This document shows positions 33,342 through 42,925 of a stretch of 64,000 nt of DNA, in pieces. The stretch comes from a virus. A model generated the notes under the pieces. The model did not search any database. It was not told the DNA's origin and saw nothing but the letters and a program-made list of their open reading frames with translations. The DNA lies in the IMG/VR virus record IMGVR_UViG_3300045988_112440. One strand, given 5' to 3'. The position numbers and the translations under genes were made by a program. How positions within the stretch are numbered: position 1 is the stretch's first letter; each line of letters begins with the position of its first letter.

Positions 33342-35080
33342 ATGTAAAACTCTGGAAGGGGAGTAGGAATGACCTATCCGACCCGATTGGAACGATTATG
33401 GAGAACAGAGGGGTCAAGGATTATAAGACCTACATGAATCTGGATGACTCTTGCTTGAATTCTCCGTGGGAATTGGACAATATCGAGTATGCTGTCATGA
33501 TGTTGAATAAACACCTTTGGAAAAAGTCTATCATCTCTATCCTTGTAGACTGTGATGTGGACGGTTTTACAAGTGCTTCGATGATGTTTCAGTATTTGAA
33601 AGCGATTGGTTATTTTGGAAAAATCAATGTTCTGCATCATAGTGGCAAGGAACATGGACTCTCTAAAGAAATTGAGGTTCCACCCGAAACTACCTTACTG
33701 ATTATTCCTGATGCTGGCAGCAACGATGTTGAGCAATGCAAGGAACTTCGTGAAAAGGGTATTGATATTTTGATTCTTGACCATCACATCTGCGACAGAG
33801 AGAATCCTTACGCAGTAATCGTCAATAACCAGAATGGTACATATCCTAATAAGGAACTGTCTGGTGCTGGCGTGGTATATAAGTTCCTTCAGGCTGTTGA
33901 TGAGGATAATTGGACTGATGTTGCAGACCGGTATCTTGATCTGGTAGCAGTCGGAAATATCGGTGATGTCATGGATATGCACTCGCATGAGACAAAGCGC
34001 CTTTGCACGAAAGGTCTGGCACGAATTGTGAATCCGATGATTTGTGCTTTGGTTGAAGCGAATAGCTTCAACATCAAGGGTGACCCGACTATCAATGATG
34101 TTCAGTTCTACATCGTTCCGATGATGAACGCACTGATTCGCGTTGGCTCATCCGAGCAAAAGAAGCGGATGTTCCGTGCGATGGTCGGTGAAGAGCAGAC
34201 TTTCCAGTACACTCCGATTCGTGGCAAGAATGCCGGTGTTACGATTGACGAGACTCTGGCGCAGCATGTGGCTCGCGAGTGCTCCTCTTGTAAGTATCAA
34301 CAAAACAAGACCAAGGACAAGGCTGTCGCGGAACTTCAAAACTGGATTTCTAAGTATGGAGCGGATAGAAGTAAAGTTTTATTTTGTAATTCCACTGGCA
34401 TTCTGGACAGTAATTTGACTGGCGTTGTAGCAATCAAGCTGGCTGAAATGTATGGTAAACCTTGCGTACTACTTCGAGAGATGGCCTGCCCTGAAGAACC
34501 AGACGAAAATCAAGAGTATTTTGGTGGTTCAATGAGAAATCCTGATGGTTCTCCGATTGAAAGTCTAAAGGAGTTTTTGATGAGTACCGGAGATTTTGAG
34601 TCGGTTCTTGGTCATGATAATGCCGCTGGCGTAAAAATCAAGAAAAAAAACGTACCAAAGGCTATTGCGGATTGCGATGAACTGCTTAAAGATGTCACGA
34701 TGAGTAAAGCAATCGTGGTTGATTTTGATTTTGACTATAGTAGGTTGACCGTTGCGTTGCCGAAGACCATGTATGAAATGCATAAAATCTGGGCACAGGG
34801 AATCTCCGAACCGTATTTCTACATTAAAAACATTCCGCTGATTCATAGTGGATGTGCTCCGATGGGCAAGAACGGTAATATGTGGAAGTATTCTGATGAA
34901 GAAAAAGGCATTGATTTTGTGTGCTTTGCTGATAATGGCCGGATGATTGGCTGGATCAACAATGACTTCTATGGTGGTCAGGAAGAGAAATATATCAATG
35001 CTGTATGCCGGTTATCTATAAATCAGTATGGAAATAAAGTGACTCCGCAGGCACAGATTGTTGATTTTGAGGTGATTTGA
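33338..35080 (+). CDS. recJ: RecJ-like DHH-family ssDNA exonuclease
   Basis: DCDVDG, IIPDAGS, LILDHH and GAGVVYKF motifs. Confidence 0.8.
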   Translation: MNVKLWKGSRNDLSDPIGTIMENRGVKDYKTYMNLDDSCLNSPWELDNIEYAVMMLNKHLWKKSIISILVDCDVDGFTSASMMFQYLKAIGYFGKINVLHHSGKEHGLSKEIEVPPETTLLIIPDAGSNDVEQCKELREKGIDILILDHHICDRENPYAVIVNNQNGTYPNKELSGAGVVYKFLQAVDEDNWTDVADRYLDLVAVGNIGDVMDMHSHETKRLCTKGLARIVNPMICALVEANSFNIKGDPTINDVQFYIVPMMNALIRVGSSEQKKRMFRAMVGEEQTFQYTPIRGKNAGVTIDETLAQHVARECSSCKYQQNKTKDKAVAELQNWISKYGADRSKVLFCNSTGILDSNLTGVVAIKLAEMYGKPCVLLREMACPEEPDENQEYFGGSMRNPDGSPIESLKEFLMSTGDFESVLGHDNAAGVKIKKKNVPKAIADCDELLKDVTMSKAIVVDFDFDYSRLTVALPKTMYEMHKIWAQGISEPYFYIKNIPLIHSGCAPMGKNGNMWKYSDEEKGIDFVCFADNGRMIGWINNDFYGGQEEKYINAVCRLSINQYGNKVTPQAQIVDFEVI

Positions 35081-35081
35081 T

Positions 35082-35423
35082 ATGGGAAATTGGAAACGTG
35101 CTATCGCCATCGACTTTGATGGCACTCTCTGTGAGAATAATTATCCTGATATCGGTGAGCCAAACTGGAATGTCATTTATCAAGCAATTCAGGAACAGAA
35201 GCACGGTGCTGGTTTGATTCTCTGGACTTGCCGTGAAGGAAAGCTTTTGTATGATGCAATGGAGGCTTGCTTTGATTGGGGTATTCAGTTTGACGCCATC
35301 AACGAGAGTCTTCCTGAGTGGAAAGAGCATTTTGGCACTGCTCCTAGAAAGGTTGGAGCTGATGAATATTGGGACGATAAGGCTGTAAAAGTAAAGAATG
35401 GAGAGTTGGTTGACAATGAATAA
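35082..35423 (+). CDS. HAD-superfamily-like small hydrolase
   Basis: AIDFDGTLC (DxDGT motif I). Confidence 0.5.
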   Translation: MGNWKRAIAIDFDGTLCENNYPDIGEPNWNVIYQAIQEQKHGAGLILWTCREGKLLYDAMEACFDWGIQFDAINESLPEWKEHFGTAPRKVGADEYWDDKAVKVKNGELVDNE

Positions 35424-35721
35424 AGTGGATAATTACGATTTGTCATTAAATTTGCTTGACAAAGCACATCAATCACTTGCACATACTATTGCAGATTTAG
35501 AACTACTTCGGGAAGGCACAGCATTTAATCAGATTTTAAATGATGGTGCTCATATTATTGAACCGGATGAATTGACTCATATTCTTGATAAATTTGCAGA
35601 GCAGCATCCAAATTGGGAGATTTGTATCGAAACTGACCACGGATCGGTTAGTGAGAAATTTAAGATGGATCATGTTTTCTATGAAGGTATGGGAGATATG
35701 ATTGTTCTTGATTTTGAATGA
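35416..35721 (+). CDS. hypothetical protein
   Basis: ATG 35416 overlaps the upstream stop region. Confidence 0.5.
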   Translation: MNKVDNYDLSLNLLDKAHQSLAHTIADLELLREGTAFNQILNDGAHIIEPDELTHILDKFAEQHPNWEICIETDHGSVSEKFKMDHVFYEGMGDMIVLDFE

Positions 35722-35724
35722 AAA

Positions 35725-35973
35725 ATGGAAAAACGACGATATAGATATTACAAAATTGATTACCGTACATATAATTATACGCTCAAGAAATATCACAACT
35801 TACACAGAGAAATCTACGCTGAAAATGCAAGAGATGCAGTTCAAATGCTAAAAAGTAAAGAGTGTAATCGTGAGTTTGAGGTTGTTAAAGTCTACTTTGT
35901 TGATATTTTCGGTGATAGAAACGATAGATTTTATCCACGAACTTATGTGATTGATAAAGAAGATTTTGAGTGA
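35725..35973 (+). CDS. hypothetical basic protein
   Basis: ORF with an ATG 3 nt after the upstream stop. Confidence 0.55.
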   Translation: MEKRRYRYYKIDYRTYNYTLKKYHNLHREIYAENARDAVQMLKSKECNREFEVVKVYFVDIFGDRNDRFYPRTYVIDKEDFE

Positions 35974-35982
35974 GGTGAGTAT

Positions 35983-36744
35983 ATGGTTTACATTACAGGC
36001 GATATTCATGGTGATTTTAATCGTTTTTTAGAATTGGAAAAGTTTTGCCATGAACACAATCTTGGAAAGAATGACTGGATTGTCTGCCTTGGCGATGTCG
36101 GTTTGAACTATTACGGCAAGGACGACCCTCGCGAATGGAGTATTAAGACTATCGCCGCAGATATTCCTGCAAATCTGTTTTGTATTTATGGCAACCACGA
36201 ACGCCGCCCTTCTCGTAAGGATGGTTATAGGACAAAGGAAATCAGTGGAGATATTTGCGGCAAAGTGTGGCATGACCCACATTATCCCAATCAGTATTTC
36301 GCTATCGATGGCGAAGTTTACCAGATTCTTGCTGATAGGAAAATTCTGAACTGTCTTGTTTGTGGCGGAGCTTATTCCGTAGATAAATGTTATCGGTTGG
36401 AGCGTGGATGGAACTGGTGGCCGGATGAACAGCCTAATGAGAAGACTAAGAAAAAGATCTGGAATATTACACATGACCCTCAAATCGATGGTATTGATGT
36501 TATGCTCACGCATACTTGTCCATTCCGGTTCATTCCAACTGAATTGTTTATCGGTGGTATTGATCAAAGCACAGTAGACCAGTCAACTGAAATATTCTTT
36601 GATAATATATACGAATGTTATCCTAACGATTGTAAACCATTCTGGTACTTCGGCCATTTCCATGGTAACAAGTACACCGATGACTATGTGATGCTTTTCG
36701 ACGATATTATTAAGTTTGGAGATAAGGTGAAGAGTGATGGTTAA
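35983..36744 (+). CDS. calcineurin-like metallophosphoesterase
   Basis: GDIHGD, GDVGLNY and GNHE motifs. Confidence 0.75.
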   Translation: MVYITGDIHGDFNRFLELEKFCHEHNLGKNDWIVCLGDVGLNYYGKDDPREWSIKTIAADIPANLFCIYGNHERRPSRKDGYRTKEISGDICGKVWHDPHYPNQYFAIDGEVYQILADRKILNCLVCGGAYSVDKCYRLERGWNWWPDEQPNEKTKKKIWNITHDPQIDGIDVMLTHTCPFRFIPTELFIGGIDQSTVDQSTEIFFDNIYECYPNDCKPFWYFGHFHGNKYTDDYVMLFDDIIKFGDKVKSDG

Positions 36745-37060
36745 AGATAAAAATTTACGAGTGCTTGATTATATTGATGGCAAGGAAATACTCATTCAGA
36801 TGGGAGAGGAAGGTTCGGAACTGTCGAAAGCTGCGATAAAGTTTTATCGTGCAATCGACATGAAGAACCCAACGCCCGTAAGCATTAACGAGGCTTATGA
36901 AAACCTCGTAGAAGAATTCGGGGATGTGCTGAACTGTATTTACGCATACTATGATGATGACGAGGATTGCATCTTGGCGTTTACATCGAAAGCGAATGAG
37001 ATTGCTAACGAGAAGCGCAAGCGCTGGATTAAGCGTCTGAAGGAACGCGACCAGCTTTAA
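36737..37060 (+). CDS. MazG-like nucleotide pyrophosphohydrolase
   Basis: EEGSELSKA ... EEFGDVLNC, EExxE/D-type helices. Confidence 0.5.
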   Translation: MVKDKNLRVLDYIDGKEILIQMGEEGSELSKAAIKFYRAIDMKNPTPVSINEAYENLVEEFGDVLNCIYAYYDDDEDCILAFTSKANEIANEKRKRWIKRLKERDQL

Positions 37061-37077
37061 TGGTGAAAGGAGAATAG

Positions 37078-40000
37078 ATGTCAGATAATTTTGTAAATCT
37101 TCATGTACATACAGCGCAGGGTTCGTTACTTGACTCTATTCTTACCGTCAAGGAACTTGTAGACTTTGCCAAAGAGAATGGTCAGAAGGCTATTGCTGTT
37201 ACGGACCATGGCAAGATGCACTCTTTTGTTGACCAAGTTAAAGCTTGTAAAGCAGAAGGTATTAAGCCTATCATCGGCTGTGAAGTTTATGAAGTAGATA
37301 ATCAGGCAGAGAAAGCTGACACAAAAGACTATAAACAACCTCGTTACCATCTTATTTTACTAGCGAAGAACGAGACCGGTTTAAAAAATCTATTTAAGGT
37401 TGTTTCAAATGCTTGCGTTGATGGCATGTATAAAAAGCCTCGAACTTCTTTGAACATCATTGAACAAAACGGGTGGGGTAAAGGTATCATCTGTCTTACG
37501 GCCTGTCAAGTTGGTCGAATGAGTAGATTGCTTGTTGATGGAAACGAGACCGAGGCATGGCAGTTATGGAACAAACTGAAATGGATCTTTGATGACGTGT
37601 TTATGGAAGTTCAGTCTCATGATACGCCAGATCAGGCTGAAGCTAATGCCAAAATTGCAGCTTTTATCAAAAAGTACAATCTTCCGTATACTATTACAAC
37701 AGATGCTCATATGCTTTCCAAGGAAGATGTTGAGGCACATTCAGTTTTTGTAGAAATTGGAGAAGGACGAGAAGTTGGAGAAAGTTATGTTGACTGTTAT
37801 CTTCAGACCGAAGACGATGTGCTGAGAACACTTTCAAAGCAGTTTGATGAAGACTTCATCCGAGAAGGCTGCTCAATGTCTGTGAAAATTGCAGATATGG
37901 TTGACGATATTGATATTGGTCTTGGTCAGCCAAACCAGATGCCAGAAGTGAAAATTGAAGGTAAATTTGATTCGCATCTGGATTACCTGTGCTACCTTGT
38001 TTATTCTACTTTCGATGAAAAATTCGGATGGATGAGTAAAGAAGAACAGCAAACCCGGCGAGACAGAATTGAGATGGAGCTTGACGTTTTGGAATATGTT
38101 GACTACATCGACTATTTCATCATGCTGTATATGCTTTGTAAGGTGGCTGATGAACGAGGTATCCCTCGTGGCTATTCTCGTGGTTCTGGTGCAAACTGTC
38201 TATGTCTATTTATGCTAAACGTTACGCAGATTGATTCTGTTCGTTGGGATCTTGACTTCTCTCGTTTTGCAAATAAGGGTCGTAAGAGTCTCGCGGACTT
38301 CGACTTTGATATTAGCCGTCGTCGTCGCAAAGAACTTGTTTCTATTGCAGAAGAGCTTTTTGGAAAAGAGAGTGTAGCACCAATCGCAACTTTTAATTCT
38401 CTGTCTACCAAGGTTGCCATTAAGGATATTGGCAAGGTACTGAACGAAGATCCAGAAAGCCCATATTATATGCAGATTCCGTATGAATTGCGAAATGAAG
38501 TTGCTAAGTTGATTCCGACCGTGAAAACATTGGATGATCTCGGAGAAGAAGTTGAGAAGGAAGTTCTATTGAAGGACATTCTTGGAAAGAGCGAGCAGCT
38601 TTCTAATGTATATGATAAGTTCCCTCTGTGGTTTAAGTACGTTATGCGGCTTGAAGGTTTACCGAAGAGTATGGGTCGCCATGCTGCAGGAACTTTGATT
38701 ACACCTAAGCCTGTTATTGAATATTGCCCTCTCTGTATGGATAGAGAAGGCAATCAGATGTGTCAGCTTGAAATGCACAATGCTATGGATGACCTGTCTC
38801 TAGTTAAGATGGATTTTCTTGGTCTTGAAAATTTGGACACGATTGATGACACATTAAAGATGGCCCATCTTACTTGGAAAGATGTTGATATCAACCATCT
38901 TGATTTGAATGACAAGGCAGTCTATGACGCTGTTTATAAATCTGGACACACAATTGGTATTTTTCAGATGGAGTCTGCTGAAGCTCGAAAGATGTGTGTT
39001 GAAGCAAAATGTGACAACGCCGAGGATATCATTGTTGTGAATGCAGCAAACCGCCCTGGCACTAAGGATAGCTTCCCGACGTACTGTTCCAATAAGCTTC
39101 ATCCAGAGACTATCAAACTACTTCATCCTGATATCAAACAGCTTTTTGCCAAGACTCAGTACATTCTTCTTTATCAGGAACAGGCTCTGGCAGTATTTCG
39201 TTATGCAGGATTCCCTGAAACTGAGGTTGACAATGCTCGTCGTGCCATTGGTAAGAAAAAGAAAGATGTTATGGCATCCTTGGAGGTCCAGTTTAGAGAT
39301 GGTCTTCACAAGAAAGGATGGAACGATTATCAGATTTCTGAGATGTGGGCATTGATCTTGAAACAGGCTTCTTATTCCTTCAACCGGGGCCACGCAGTTG
39401 CTTATGGGCTTCTTTCTTACCTGACAGCATACCTGAAGACTCATTATACTGAGTATTTCATGGCTGCGTGTATGATTACTAAAGAAGATGATTCTGGCAA
39501 AATGGGTGTGTTTATCAATGAATGTGACCGGCTACATATTCGGGTTCTTCCTCCAAGTGTTAACAAGTCTGATATGGAATTTAAGGCCGATGCGGAGAAA
39601 CACACAATTCTGTTTGGTTTGAAAGCCATTAAGGGAATGGGTGAGAGTGTCGCAGCAGGAGTGATTGCAGACCGTCCATATTCTGGATTGGCAGACTTTG
39701 TTCAGAGAGCAAACGGTGGCAAGATTGGCACTTCAAACGTTGTCAAGTTGATTAAGGCGGGAGCTATTCCAACAAAGGACAAGAGAAAAATCTTAATCAC
39801 TTTTGCAAATATGGTTTTTGAGAACGAGTATAAAGAGAAGGGTTTTCATGAGATGGCATCTCTTCCCAAAATCTCTGTTCTTAAAGACGAATATGGGATT
39901 GACACAAATTATATTAAAGATAAGCCTACTAGACTTGCTTTATATAATAAGGCAAGAAGGGTGCGCTGGGAGGCAGATACAGAGAACCGCAAAAAGGAAA

Positions 40001-40422
40001 AAGACAAGAGACGAAAAGATTTCATGCAAGCGTTTGCCGAGAAATATATGCAAGACGAGCACATGTGGGAATTTGAAACCCTTTCAATGTTCTTGACTAG
40101 CAATCCCATTAAGGATGCTTGTACCTATATTGATGCTGGTCTTGATACTGTAGAGGATGGCGGTAAGGCAACTGCTATTTGTGTCATCGTAGACATCCAA
40201 AAAAAGAAGGATAAACGTGGTAACCAGTTTGCATACTTACATGTTTATACGACATGTGGTATTGTTGAAATGATTTGTTGGGCATCTCAGTATGCACGAT
40301 ATTCAAGTCTGATTTCAAAGGGCAGCGATCTTGCAATCCTTTGCAAGAGAAAAGAAAATTCGTACATTGTTGAGAAGATGAAGCCTTATAAGCAGTGGCT
40401 GCAAGATAGAGAGATAGCGTAA
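37078..40422 (+). CDS. dnaE: DNA polymerase III alpha subunit (PHP + polymerase core)
   Basis: PHP FVNLHVHTAQGSLLDS, VTDHG; 1114 aa, with the DFDxD-type and HhH regions in the expected order. Confidence 0.9.
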   Translation: MSDNFVNLHVHTAQGSLLDSILTVKELVDFAKENGQKAIAVTDHGKMHSFVDQVKACKAEGIKPIIGCEVYEVDNQAEKADTKDYKQPRYHLILLAKNETGLKNLFKVVSNACVDGMYKKPRTSLNIIEQNGWGKGIICLTACQVGRMSRLLVDGNETEAWQLWNKLKWIFDDVFMEVQSHDTPDQAEANAKIAAFIKKYNLPYTITTDAHMLSKEDVEAHSVFVEIGEGREVGESYVDCYLQTEDDVLRTLSKQFDEDFIREGCSMSVKIADMVDDIDIGLGQPNQMPEVKIEGKFDSHLDYLCYLVYSTFDEKFGWMSKEEQQTRRDRIEMELDVLEYVDYIDYFIMLYMLCKVADERGIPRGYSRGSGANCLCLFMLNVTQIDSVRWDLDFSRFANKGRKSLADFDFDISRRRRKELVSIAEELFGKESVAPIATFNSLSTKVAIKDIGKVLNEDPESPYYMQIPYELRNEVAKLIPTVKTLDDLGEEVEKEVLLKDILGKSEQLSNVYDKFPLWFKYVMRLEGLPKSMGRHAAGTLITPKPVIEYCPLCMDREGNQMCQLEMHNAMDDLSLVKMDFLGLENLDTIDDTLKMAHLTWKDVDINHLDLNDKAVYDAVYKSGHTIGIFQMESAEARKMCVEAKCDNAEDIIVVNAANRPGTKDSFPTYCSNKLHPETIKLLHPDIKQLFAKTQYILLYQEQALAVFRYAGFPETEVDNARRAIGKKKKDVMASLEVQFRDGLHKKGWNDYQISEMWALILKQASYSFNRGHAVAYGLLSYLTAYLKTHYTEYFMAACMITKEDDSGKMGVFINECDRLHIRVLPPSVNKSDMEFKADAEKHTILFGLKAIKGMGESVAAGVIADRPYSGLADFVQRANGGKIGTSNVVKLIKAGAIPTKDKRKILITFANMVFENEYKEKGFHEMASLPKISVLKDEYGIDTNYIKDKPTRLALYNKARRVRWEADTENRKKEKDKRRKDFMQAFAEKYMQDEHMWEFETLSMFLTSNPIKDACTYIDAGLDTVEDGGKATAICVIVDIQKKKDKRGNQFAYLHVYTTCGIVEMICWASQYARYSSLISKGSDLAILCKRKENSYIVEKMKPYKQWLQDREIA

Positions 40423-40434
40423 GAGGGTTGTAAA

Positions 40435-41349
40435 GTGGCAGATAAGAAATTTAATGAAAATATGATTCGTTGCTACATCAGGATAAAACGAGTCTTTTAT
40501 CCGAAAGATGGGAGGGAAGTGGAGCCCGGCGGCTTCGCCACTTTCTCTGCCGAGGTGGTAAAAGTCAAGCAGGGACATCCTATCATGAGCCGATACAGCG
40601 ACCTCCGGCTAAAAGGCAACGTTCCTAGCCTCGATATGAATAAAACTTATTCGTTCTGTGGTGAATATGTTCATCATGAAAAGTTTGGTGATCAGTATAA
40701 AATTATCTACATGAATGAGTTTCAAGAGATTACTGACCCGGAAGAACAAAAAAGCTTTCTCCGTTTTATCTTGACCGACCATCAGTTTGAGATGCTTTAT
40801 GAAGCATTCAAGAATCCGTATGAAATCATCAAGAACGGTGATGTCAAGTCTCTTTGTACTGTTAGCGGCATTACGGAAGGTCGAGCACAAAAGATTATTG
40901 ACTCCTTTGAAAACAACATTGATAACAGTGAAGCGTACACAAAACTGATTGAGTACGGTTTGACTCCCAGTGCTATTGAAAAGCTTGTTCGTCAGTATCA
41001 CGGTGCAGACATTCTGGTAAAAAAGATTGAAGAGAATCCTTACGTCTTGATTGATGATGTGTATGGCATCGGCTGGAAAAAAGCTGACGCTCTTGCTTTA
41101 AATATGGGCTTAAAGCACAATTCGCAATTCAGAATCGAAGCCTACGTCATGCATTTTCTTGCCGCTCGTGCCGAAGAAGGTAACTCTATTATCTCGGCAA
41201 ACCAGACAATCAATAGCTGTATTAAGGAACTTGATTTGAACGAGGGTGATCAAGAAGTTATCAAAATGGCACTTTTCCATCTGCATGATGTCCGTGAAAC
41301 GCTTTGGTGGAGTGATGACCGTCAGGAATTTGCTTTAACTAGAGTGTGA
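40435..41349 (+). CDS. recD2: RecD2-like helicase, N-terminal (OB + HhH) part, ended by an in-frame TGA
   Basis: GTG start. HhH repeats SGITEGRAQKII and VYGIGWKKADALA. The same frame continues into the helicase core. Confidence 0.75.
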   Translation: MADKKFNENMIRCYIRIKRVFYPKDGREVEPGGFATFSAEVVKVKQGHPIMSRYSDLRLKGNVPSLDMNKTYSFCGEYVHHEKFGDQYKIIYMNEFQEITDPEEQKSFLRFILTDHQFEMLYEAFKNPYEIIKNGDVKSLCTVSGITEGRAQKIIDSFENNIDNSEAYTKLIEYGLTPSAIEKLVRQYHGADILVKKIEENPYVLIDDVYGIGWKKADALALNMGLKHNSQFRIEAYVMHFLAARAEEGNSIISANQTINSCIKELDLNEGDQEVIKMALFHLHDVRETLWWSDDRQEFALTRV

Positions 41350-41421
41350 AATCTGGAAGATAGTATTGCGAATGAAATCAAGCGTCTGGCGGATGCTCCT
41401 GTTGATCCGATTGGTCAAAAT

Positions 41422-42765
41422 ATGGATGCAGCAATCAATGAGGCCGAAAATGCGCTTGGCATCGAGTATACCGAAGAACAGAGAGATGCCATTAAAAAGG
41501 TATGCTCTAGCAACGTCTGTATTTTAACAGGCTACGGCGGAACTGGCAAAAGTACCGTTGTCGCTGGTGTCTTAAAAGTTCTTCGTGGTAAGTCTTTTGC
41601 ACAGACTGCACTCTCTGGCCGTGCTGCCGCTCGTATGCAGGAGATTACTGGTCAGGATGGAAAGACGATTCATCGTCTCCTTGGATATGACATCGAGAAC
41701 GGTGGGTTTGTTCACGATAAGGACAATCCTCTGGATGAGGACATCATCATTCTGGATGAGACCTCCATGGTTGGTGCTCAATTGTTTTACGATTTGATTC
41801 AGGCAATCGAAACCGGCAAGCGATTCATCATGATTGGTGATGACGGTCAGCTTGAGAGTATCGGTATGTGTAACATCTTCAAGGATATGCTTGCATCTAA
41901 GGTTGTTCCTGTGGCTCGTTTGACTAAGATCCATCGTCAGGCAGCCAAGTCTGCAATTATCACGGAGAGCATTAAGGTTCGTAACGCTACGCAATTGGTG
42001 CCTTATGGCTGGGCTGGCAATGAGATTCGTGGTGAACTTCGTGATTTGGAGCTTGATATCTATAAAGACGCAAGTGAGTCATTCAACCACATTATCAATC
42101 AGTACCGTACCTTATATAATAAGGTAGGGAATGATAGTGCGAAGATTCAGATTGTGCTTCCACAGAAGCTGCGTGGTAGTATCTGTACCTATGAAGTCAA
42201 TAATGCTATTCAGGAAATTGTGAATCCGAGTCGTGGTCAAGCAGAAGCAAAGGTCACAATCTATGGTGATGGCAAGGATAGAGCGTACACTCTGCGTGAG
42301 GGTGATCAGGTCATTATCAACAAGAACAACTATGAGCTTCACACATACAATCTCAAGACAAAGAAAAAAGAAGAGAAGTGTCCGGTGTTCAACGGAAACC
42401 GTGGCATTATCCGAAAGATTGAGAATAGTTTTATCCTGGTTGATTTTGACCAGTGGGGAACGATCTTCATTCCACATTACTTTGGTGGGAATAACGTCTG
42501 GGCAACACTTGAACTTGCTTATGCTTTAAGTTGTCATAAGTTGCAGGGCAGTGAGGCTCCGTATGTGATTGTTGGCATGGACAACTCTGCGTACCTGATG
42601 CTGACGAGAGAATGGCTCTATACGGCCATCACTCGTGCCAAGAAGTATTGTGTGATTTGCGCCGAAACTCATGCTCTTGATCGGGCTGTAAAGACTTCGA
42701 GAGTTCCATATAAGCGGACGTTCTTGAAGGAATTTTTACGGAAAGAATTTTCAGAAAAGCATTGA
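41422..42765 (+). CDS. recD2: RecD2-like helicase, SF1 ATPase core (same frame as 40435..41349; open from 41350)
   Basis: Walker A GYGGTGKST, DETSMV, SF1 C-terminal motifs HKLQGSE and YTAITRAK; no RBS before ATG 41422. Confidence 0.8.
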   Translation: MDAAINEAENALGIEYTEEQRDAIKKVCSSNVCILTGYGGTGKSTVVAGVLKVLRGKSFAQTALSGRAAARMQEITGQDGKTIHRLLGYDIENGGFVHDKDNPLDEDIIILDETSMVGAQLFYDLIQAIETGKRFIMIGDDGQLESIGMCNIFKDMLASKVVPVARLTKIHRQAAKSAIITESIKVRNATQLVPYGWAGNEIRGELRDLELDIYKDASESFNHIINQYRTLYNKVGNDSAKIQIVLPQKLRGSICTYEVNNAIQEIVNPSRGQAEAKVTIYGDGKDRAYTLREGDQVIINKNNYELHTYNLKTKKKEEKCPVFNGNRGIIRKIENSFILVDFDQWGTIFIPHYFGGNNVWATLELAYALSCHKLQGSEAPYVIVGMDNSAYLMLTREWLYTAITRAKKYCVICAETHALDRAVKTSRVPYKRTFLKEFLRKEFSEKH

Positions 42766-42790
42766 CAATCATATTGGTGTCCTGTATAAT
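42762..42790 (+). promoter_or_regulatory. consensus sigma70 promoter (TTGACA-17-TATAAT)
   Basis: Exact hexamers. The -35 overlaps the recD2 stop codon. The spacer and -10 overlap an inverted copy of the 21-nt element. Confidence 0.7.
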
Positions 42791-42797
42791 GTAGCTA
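42777..42797 (-). promoter_or_regulatory. 21-nt conserved element, inverted copy
   Basis: + strand GTGTCCTGTATAATGTAGCTA. Confidence 0.65.
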
Positions 42798-42835
42798 TAA
42801 GAAGTCTCTATCCCAGAGGCTTAAAATTCTCTCTT

Positions 42836-42856
42836 TAACTATATAATACAGGATAC
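42836..42856 (+). promoter_or_regulatory. 21-nt conserved element, forward copy
   Basis: TAACTATATAATACAGGATAC. Confidence 0.7.
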
Positions 42857-42859
42857 GGG

Positions 42860-42899
42860 AAAGAAATGGCTTGCTCGTAACGACAAGCCTTTCTTTATT
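42860..42899 (+). terminator. long hairpin / intrinsic-terminator-like element between two forward copies of the 21-nt element
   Basis: AAAGAAA-GGCTTG-TCG / CGA-CAAGCC-TTTCTTT (about 16 bp, one bulge), followed by ATT. Confidence 0.5.
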
Positions 42900-42904
42900 G
42901 GCTA

Positions 42905-42925
42905 TAACTATATAATACAGGATAC
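42905..42925 (+). promoter_or_regulatory. 21-nt conserved element, forward copy
   Basis: TAACTATATAATACAGGATAC, with 13 nt between it and the ligase ATG. Confidence 0.7.

Noticed and set aside
30131-34650. Homopolymer tracts (T8 near 30137, A8 near 34640) as phase-variation switches
   Set aside because: Both are in-frame in apparently intact genes. Single tracts of 8 are common in AT-rich phage DNA, and nothing in this sequence indicates variable length.
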